The notes beneath the pieces are model-generated. The model made no database searches. It was not told the DNA's origin and worked only from the letters and a program-made list of their open reading frames with translations. A program made the translations under genes and the position numbers. A DNA stretch of 64,000 bases from a virus (Duplodnaviria; Caudoviricetes): positions 1 through 64,000 of the IMG/VR virus record IMGVR_UViG_3300021387_001709; one strand, 5' to 3'. Positions 56,063 to 64,000 of the stretch are shown piece after piece (position 1 is the first letter of the stretch; each line of letters begins with the position of its first letter).

Positions 56063-57832
56063 TTATTCCTATAATTCGCCCTAGGTTAGAAGAGTTCCGT
56101 TGTTACTCAGACTGATGGGGGTATGATAGAGAGACTAAATATCTTCCAGAGAAAGAGCGGTGTTATATATTCTAAAATCCGACATTTGGCAATCACAATT
56201 TTGAAGTGTCTTTCCTATGACGTAATAATAATCCATAGAATTACTATCTGTAATTGTGTTAGTATACACAGATTTTCCATTCTAATACATTGTAATCATT
56301 CCTTTATTATAAGTAAAAGCATAATGTGTCCATTCACCTATGGAGTATGTCCAATTATAGTGATCGAACGGATACGTCGATCCTCCCTATCTAATAGTTA
56401 ATGTCATTATATCAGCCGTGGTTGCACTAATCGTAGCAGCTATACTATATGTTCCTTGTGCAGCATCTAAAGCTTTAGTATTCTATAGAAGGAACATTCC
56501 TTCCCATTTCTTTCGCCACGTATTAAATTTTCCCCACCAGGCAATCGTAAATTCATTGCTTAAGTGGATGGTGGAAGTATTATTAATAATATATGATGAA
56601 CCATCAAATGAGGAACTTGTAAAATATCGCGGTGTATCTCCAGATGTGGAGATAGTACCAACTTTAGTAGCGTTATTCCCAAAACCACTCACATCATAAA
56701 CTACGTTTGAATCCAACCCCATAGCGGAATACAACGAATCAGTGGTAGCAGGGGTCCAAGGAGTCAACTTATCTCCAACTTCCAACTTCGGATGCGAAAC
56801 CTTCACCGTCCCAGATTTAACGCCTTGAATATAAATACCAACCAAGTGATTTGCGGGCATCGTACCTAGCAAAGTTACTGTCTTACTCACGATTCCATGA
56901 AATGATCCAGTGAATGCCTCACAAACATTCGCTCCATTACTTAACGTTTCACCAGCCCACGCCCCAACATATTGACTGCCTCCGGCTGTCTTTGCAAATC
57001 CGTCAATTTCCATCCCGACTCTACGGTATGAAGCAGTAGCATTCTCATTCCATACCACATTATCCGCATCTACTCGGCACGAAGCAGTTACAACAGTTCC
57101 TTCTGGCAGAGATGAAGTGGTTCGCATTTTTGTATTTGAGCCTGTGGTAATGGATACGTTAGAGTTATTAACGTAGTTATCTGCGCCAAAGCCTTCTCTT
57201 GACAGCGGATAATGAAGTACCAACCCTTTAGATATCTCCTTAATTTCGCGAGGAGAGAGAGCGGTATCATAAAAACGGAAATCATTAATGCTACAGTCTG
57301 CACGCTAAAGATTGTTTTCCCGGGAACAAAGCATACAATAAGTATATGTATCTCCCAAAAAAGTAGGGACATTGCTATCAGTATATAACAATTCGCCATT
57401 CTTATACCATTTAAGAGTGTTTGTTTTATCTAACACAATAGCGATATGTGCCCATTCTCCTAATGCCGGAATATAATTGTATTTATCATATATCTATTTT
57501 TTAGACTCATTGATGTAATCATAAATATGGAATCCGATTGTGTTAGCGTTTGAATAACACATACCCACATATTCATTATTGCCATTAGAAAATGCAAATA
57601 CCCTATTCCAAGCTCCATTAAATGAGTTAACTTTAAGCCAAAGAGCTATACAAAATTCACTATTGATTGTAATTGAACTATTTAAATTAATAGAACCATT
57701 ACCACCACCGTTGTAACATTTTCCGACTTTCCCATTTTCCCACGTTCCGCCTCCAACCAATTGAGGCGAGACATTAAGCGATCCTTGGTTTTCGACATTA
57801 CCATTTAATGGAAGCCATAACTATAGTGCCAT
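56063..57832 (-). CDS. LamG/concanavalin-A-like domain tail protein (589 aa, 9 TAG)
   Basis: MAL(Q)LWLPLNGNVENQG; two W.H.A..DFR.Y.TALS LamG units; KLEVGDKLTPW module. Confidence 0.85.
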
Positions 57833-57902
57833 ATATCATCCGCCTCCTCCCAATTATATTTATTTTTCATTGTTATCAGTTCCTTTATTAAAACATTGGT
57901 CT

Positions 57903-57946
57903 TTTGCTGCAAATATTTATAGCTGAATATAAAAATCTGCAGCAAA
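57903..57946. repeat. Imperfect palindrome with 19-bp arms
   Basis: TTTGCTGCAAATATTTATA-GCTGAA-TATAAAAATCTGCAGCAAA. Confidence 0.7.
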
Positions 57947-58026
57947 TTTTGTACTCAGCTACAAACGAAATAATTTTATAACCCAGTAAATACAAGGATT
58001 ATATGCTTACGCAATATTCTCTGTTC

Positions 58027-58560
58027 TCACTTATTTTTATAGTAATCTGCCCATTTGCTATCGATAAAATAACAAGCTATATCCCTCTTTATATCCGTAC
58101 CACGGAAGAATATAAATGGGTTAACTACAAAACATTTTTTCATCTTATTAGGATCACGGTCGGACTATATGTCAATCTTTTTAATAATCTCTTTGTTAAT
58201 AAGAGAAAGTATAGTTTTACGAAAGCCACCATATTCCTCGTCTAGGATTTCACTCATTGTTTTTATATCTAATATTTTCCCATCACATCGGAGAACTCCG
58301 TCTTTATATGAAATAAATGGTATAAGCCCCATAACGACAGAATTCTCTCGCGTAGATAATTCCCGATGTAACTCTACTAAAGGGTTTACAAACATTTTAA
58401 CGAACCCCTCCTTTTTATTAAAATTAATAATATATTCTTCGGCATATTCGCTTGGGGTTGAATTTACAACTTTGTCACCAGTATATAAATCTTTTATTAT
58501 TTCGCCGTTTAAATCAACAATGTATCCAACCTTTTCTCTATTATCATCTGTATGACTCAT
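58027..58560 (-). CDS. RepL-like winged-helix protein (177 aa, 1 TAG)
   Basis: FVKMF, HTH-like region, and VVNPFIFFRG after the TAG. Confidence 0.65.
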
Positions 58561-58577
58561 CTGAATTCCTCCTTATC

Positions 58578-58757
58578 TTACTATCTATATTCTTTCATAG
58601 CTTGTCTAAGATTAGGAGAGTCTTTGAATATGAAAACATTTTTTCCCGTTTGGGTACCATTTTCTCTATCCATAGCGATGAGTACAAAACCTTTTGTCAT
58701 TAATGTCCCAGCCAGTCTCTGGCTGTGAATTACAATAGTTTTTGTTTCATCAATCAT
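58578..58757 (-). CDS. DUF5659-like small protein (59 aa; ends TAG-TAA)
   Basis: IHSQRLAGTLMTKGFVL..KNVFIFKDS. Confidence 0.65.
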
Positions 58758-58778
58758 TTATTATTTTCCTTTCTATAC

Positions 58779-61700
58779 TTAATTAAATACGAAATCCAAA
58801 CAGCCCAGTGTTTTGTTCATTACGAGCTTAACAGTGTTAGCAGCGTCAGTAGTCCCCGAGCCAATCGTAAGACTTCCAGGAACAGCCGTATTACCGGCAG
58901 CATCCAGTAACGTCATTTCGTGAACAACTGCATTTGACGTATTATATTGCCTAGCCTTAATCTATTCGCCAGAGCCGCCATCGTCGCCTGTGGCAATCTC
59001 TAAAACAGTATCTGTTTCACCCGTTCCGAGCACACGAATCCATCCTTCGTCATTTCGAGTAGCCGGATTAGAAAATGCTACTCCGTCGGCGAATAATCCG
59101 CCGCGAGGAGCAGTTGATATCTCAGTAACTTTACCTCCGGTAACTGTCATTTTGGTTGTTGATAAATAATAAGTTCCCGTAACCGCCCCGGTAAACGTTG
59201 CCCCACTAAGTTTAGCATAAGTAGAACTGATGGTATTCCCATCCCCATCTTGCGTAGCCTTAGTAGCAGTACCGGCAACGTTGGCAACCGTTAACGTATT
59301 GGTAGACGGATTATATTTGAAATCATCGTCATAGTTTCTATAAGTTTCTGCCGTACTGTCGGAGAACCATACGTGACGATCGGCATTAGTAGTACCAGCA
59401 ACTCCGGAAACGCTAGATGCGGTAGTTGCAGTGGTGGCATTCCCAGATATACTTATTCCCCATGTGCCGGACGCACCGGTACCATCTTTTTTAACGGTGT
59501 AAGAAGTATAATTATCGGAATCTATCATTGTTTTCCATGCAGTGGTATTATCCAATGCTTTCGCACTAAAGCTTCTATAATAAATATATCCATTAGAAGA
59601 AAAACCAATCTATGAATCATAATTTCCACCATGTCTATTTATTGTGATAATAGCATTTGAATTATCAGTTCTAGCAAATATACCAGTCGGATTACTAACG
59701 TTATAACTAAATCGTATTTTACCATCCCCAGGATGAGTAATCATAGCTGGGTCAGCTTCAAGAGTACCAGTAAACAATTTTGTTGTCGTCGCAATACTCC
59801 ATCCAGCCTACGAACTCGCCGACCCAGTAGTATCTCCGGTTAATGTAACCGATTGATTAGACGCAAACTTCGTTGCAGTTCCGGCATTACCAGTCACGCT
59901 AGTAATATTCGGTAATGTCAATGTAGTAGTACCTTTCGTCGTAATATGACCGTAAGCATCATATGTTACCGTCGGAATATTAAAGCTACCACCATTTGTA
60001 AGCGTTCCGGTAGCTGTTCCCGACGCAGTTCCGGCAGTAATCGCCGAGTTTGCGTGTTTAACGGTTGCAATACCTGTAGATTTATCAAGTGTAACAGATA
60101 TACCGTTTGAACCGACAATGTTGTTAGCTTCGATTGTACCGCCTGATGTTACGGTGATACTGTCAAGTTTGGATTTATCCTCCGGACTCATCCAACCCTA
60201 GGCTGATGTTGTAGCATTATCGGCAATTTCCGCAATCGACCAGCTGACATTACCAGACCAATCTATTGCTTTCGCCGTTTTTCCCACTGTAATAGTACGC
60301 GAATTTAATTTTCCGCTAAACGTCGTCGCCGTTACAGTTCCCGGAAAACTGGTATTACCGGAAGAATTTAAAAGATACGCTTCTCGGGCAACCGCACTAC
60401 TTGTATTATATTGTCTTACAACAATTGCTTCATTTGAGTCGTCTCCGACGGCTATTTCCAAAAATCCGCTGTTCGCGGTCTCTTCAACATGTCTTATCCA
60501 ACCTGAATCATTATTTGTATTCCCATTATAAGGATCTGCAAACGCAATACCATTGGAATAAATACGCGTTCCTCTTTTGCTTCCATTATATTTTAATTCA
60601 GTTGGCATACCGCTGGTTAATGAAAGCCTATTGTAATTTCCTCCAGCCGCGGAGTTCCCTTGCACCCAAATACCGCCGGATTGGGATATGAGTTCTCCCG
60701 TCATCGTTCCGCCGGACAACTTCAAATATGTGGAATTAATTGTATTACCATCGCCATCCTAGGTTGCTTTTGTTGCACTCCCGGCAGAATTGGCATAATT
60801 GACAGATTTATTAGCATCAGCAGTATTATCAACGTTGCTAAGTCCAAGTGTAGTCTTTACATTAGCCGCACTAATTGCCCTCAGTTCATATCCATCCCAA
60901 GCCGCGAACCACGGAGTCGCAGTCCAATTTGCTGTTAATCCAGATTTAGAATATGCGAATGTGGTAGCAGTACCATTACCACTATCAAATACCTTGGTTG
61001 ACCCACCGGTGATATTGCCGGTTAAATCCCCGTACAATCCATTGGTAAATCTTCCGGCACCCGTGACAACAAGATTCCCGGCGTTAAGTTCAACCGTATT
61101 AATAGTGTCGAAGTCATTATTATCGAGCTTGCGGTAAGTAGTTTTAATGGCATTTCCATCCGCATCATTAATCGCCGATCCCGCAGTAATAGAAGACTAA
61201 TTTACCCAAGTTGGAGCAGCATTCCCATTACTCTTAAGAAGTTGTCCGGAAGTCCCGGCAGTAATCTGGGATAATGCATTAGTGGCAGAAGCATAAACGA
61301 TTCCCCATTGTGTCCAGCTGGTTTTGCCAGTTCCACCGTAACCGACGCCAATTGTGCCGACAGTTACCGCAGCACTGCCGTCAAACGACTGACCATTAAT
61401 AGATAATGCGTTAGTAACCTTCTTAGCGACATTAGCGGTAGCATTAAGAGTACCGGTTACTGTAAGATTACCATTAACAATGCCGCCGGTAGTAGATATA
61501 TATTGTCCTTCAACGTCGCCGATTGCAGCATAACGTTTATTCAGCGGTTGACCCTGCTCATATATATTACCCTCATTATCCACTTGGAAAAAGTATGTCC
61601 ATTCCGAGTCCATAGTCGGTATATCATTTCCGGTATATTTTCGTCCGTAGAAAAAAGATTTGTTATATGTCGTCACTGCACTGTCAGTAGAGGATCTTGC

Positions 61701-63998
61701 ACTAAAATCAGTCGGAATTTTCATACCTACATCATAATAAGTGTTGGTAGAAGTATCTTTATAATATGTGGATTCTCCGCTATACTCAGCAGTACTCGTA
61801 TATTTTCGCGTTTGGATTGCATTATCATTAATTTGCCAATTTCCTGTTTGAAGATATGGGTTACCAGTTCCGACAAGAGCCGCATGGGTACCGATATTAT
61901 AATCTTCAACTTGCTCAATGCTCCAGTAAGAAGAACCTTCGCCGAATCGACCTGCCGTTCCGTATACCGTTCCGTTAAACCATGCACCGGGCTAAACAGT
62001 CGTACCTTGAGGAGCAACCTAGATAACGCCAAAATTCGGTGTCCAAAAGTTACCGTTTGTTAAATCCAGGAACGTCCCGTTCAGTGAATATGGAGAACTT
62101 AGATTAGATGATGCTCTATAGTTGTTAGACATAATGGCATCAGTAGCAAGTTGATTGGATGTAATCGTATTTGTGGCTATCCAGCCGCCCTAAATCGTCG
62201 TAGTATCCGACACCGCTCCGTCTGTCCATTTTTTAATCATGCTCAATGCGTTGGTTAAGCTTGTTCCGTTATTACCTACCCAATTTACAACTCCATACGC
62301 ATAACCATATGCATTATCCAATGTAGTTATTACTTCATATGGTGACTTTGGGGGATTGTATAATCTGGCATCGACCATCGCCCCCTCGGAATGCGGTTCA
62401 ACAAATTGCCCAATTACAATGTCTCTATTCTCAATCCATGACCAAGTATTGGCTACAGTCGGAGTCGGCGTTTCTCCATATTTCCAGCCGGAATCATACC
62501 AGACCAAATAAAGATCGCCGGATGTAGCCGTGACCGACGGCAATCTCAACACTAAATAAATTGTTTTATAGTACGGACATATTGTATTTGGGTCAATCAT
62601 CTTTTTGGCAACGGTAATTTTTCGCCCTTTATAATAAATATAGCCGTCAACATCGGCTGGTTCATTGTCTTCATTAAAACCGTGGATATAGCATTCTCCA
62701 TTATTAAATGTGGAAAATGCCGAATAATTTATCTTCATTGCCAAACCCTGGTCGGCTTTATCGTTGGCCAAAGTTGCGGACGCACTCGCAGAATTAGCTG
62801 TTGTTTCAATCGTATCTATCCTGGATTGTGTGGTAGTATCTAACATATTGAAAGTAACATTGCCGATAAGATCGACTTTGCTTGCCTAAATCGTTGCGTC
62901 TTCTTTAGATAAATTAATTTTGGAGATGATTTCATCAGCGCCGACTTTTGAGGCAACCGACAACGAAATACTGTCTGTTGTTTGTTTAATTTCGGTTTTT
63001 GCAGTATTTACCACATCATCCGCATATTTTTCCAAATCGCGCGGATTGATAGCATATTCAGAAGCCGTGGTAGCTTTTTCTACCATTGCATAGCCGTCAT
63101 CAAAATGACGATATGACACTCTCAAATATTTGACCCCTTCGGGGATAGTAATTTTATATGTTAGATGTTCTTGACCGTCAGCAGTAGTTTCAACTCCCGA
63201 ACCGGATGTCTTTCCATACTTACCAACTCGTCCGCCAACCGGTGTTCCGGTATTGTTACTATAGTATTGATATGCCAGCCACGATTCACCATCATCGGTT
63301 GTCGGAGTTGCCCATGACTGAATAACATATGACTCACCTTCTTTAACGGGAATAAATTGTGATGTGCGTTCATTCGTCGTTGGGTTCGGCGCGACAACCG
63401 CACCGGAACTGGCATGAATATATCCCGGCGCTTCATCCGCAATCACATATAGGTTATTGCCGCCGATTTTAATGTTATTAATTACCTTATCAACATCACT
63501 GAGTTTTGCATATGTGGAAGTAACTGTCTGTTGGAAAGAATCAGCAGTTTGCTTATTTTGTGTTACAGTATTCTGCAGCGTTTTAAATTCTTCTCCGTCA
63601 GCCTTTGTAGATAATTCAGATGATATGTCGGAAACTGTCGAAGTGATTCCGGTAATATCCTACTCAGTTTGGCTAACGCGACTTCTTATGTCGGCACCTG
63701 TCGTACCGTCATATGCATTGATAGAAGAGTTAATGTCGTCCTGCCAGATTTTTTGCGTTATCTTTTTGTTAACTTCATCCGCCAGATTAATCAAACCGCT
63801 AATCGTAGAACGATGAACAGCATCGGAATATGTCACGTTTCCGTCGGTCAATGTAATTTCATACCTTCCCCATAGATATTTACCGCTGGGAATTTCGTCG
63901 GGTTCGTCATATGACCATGAGCCGCCAGCGACCGCAGTGGGAGAGGAGGACAGATACCATTGCTCCTTATATGTGGTGACCCCAACACCTCGTTCGCC
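58779..63998 (-). CDS. Large tail fibre/host-specificity protein, 5'-partial (at least 1739 aa, 11 TAG)
   Basis: Eight ORF-track pieces in one frame with only TAG interruptions; WYLSSS..GGSWS..GKYLW antireceptor-type repeat; internal duplications. Confidence 0.88.
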
Positions 63999-64000
63999 GG

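Noticed and set aside
42940-63998. Late genes as pseudogenes of a decayed prophage
   Set aside because: Interruptions are exclusively in-frame TAG, with no frameshifts or TAA/TGA (the avd stub excepted), and TAG aligns with CAA in an internal repeat

Overview
A 64-kb segment of a large temperate tailed phage that probably infects an anaerobic Firmicute (GGAGG ribosome-binding sites, sigma-A promoters, Gram-positive-type endolysin, class III RNR). Bases 1-42.4 kb are a + strand early/accessory arm of more than 100 mostly small ORFs. It includes a fragmented C5 DNA methyltransferase locus, a TnpB/Cas12f-like nuclease, a Thg1-like protein, a phosphoesterase, HAD, macrodomain and GIY-YIG proteins, NAD+ ligase, FNT, NrdH/NrdD/NrdG, dUTPase, a kinase and a tyrosine integrase. 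An intact attP carrying the promoter and 5' half of tRNA-Pro(GGG) follows at 42.4-42.7 kb. A convergent - strand late arm (lysis and tail genes) fills 42.8-64 kb. The late genes read through about 48 in-frame TAG codons (hand count), best explained as TAG=Gln (genetic code 15), so the supplied ORF track fragments them. Top findings: (1) the TnpB-like gene is flanked on both sides by covarying omega/tracr-like RNA scaffolds, each fused to a degenerate mini-CRISPR array with type I-E-like repeats; (2) the methyltransferase target-recognition domains appear to be encoded as separate mini-genes; (3) three tRNA-shaped RNAs have greatly expanded anticodon regions; (4) there is an orphan DGR target with its hairpin and a broken avd-like gene. 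All protein calls come from motif recognition by eye; no database searches were run.
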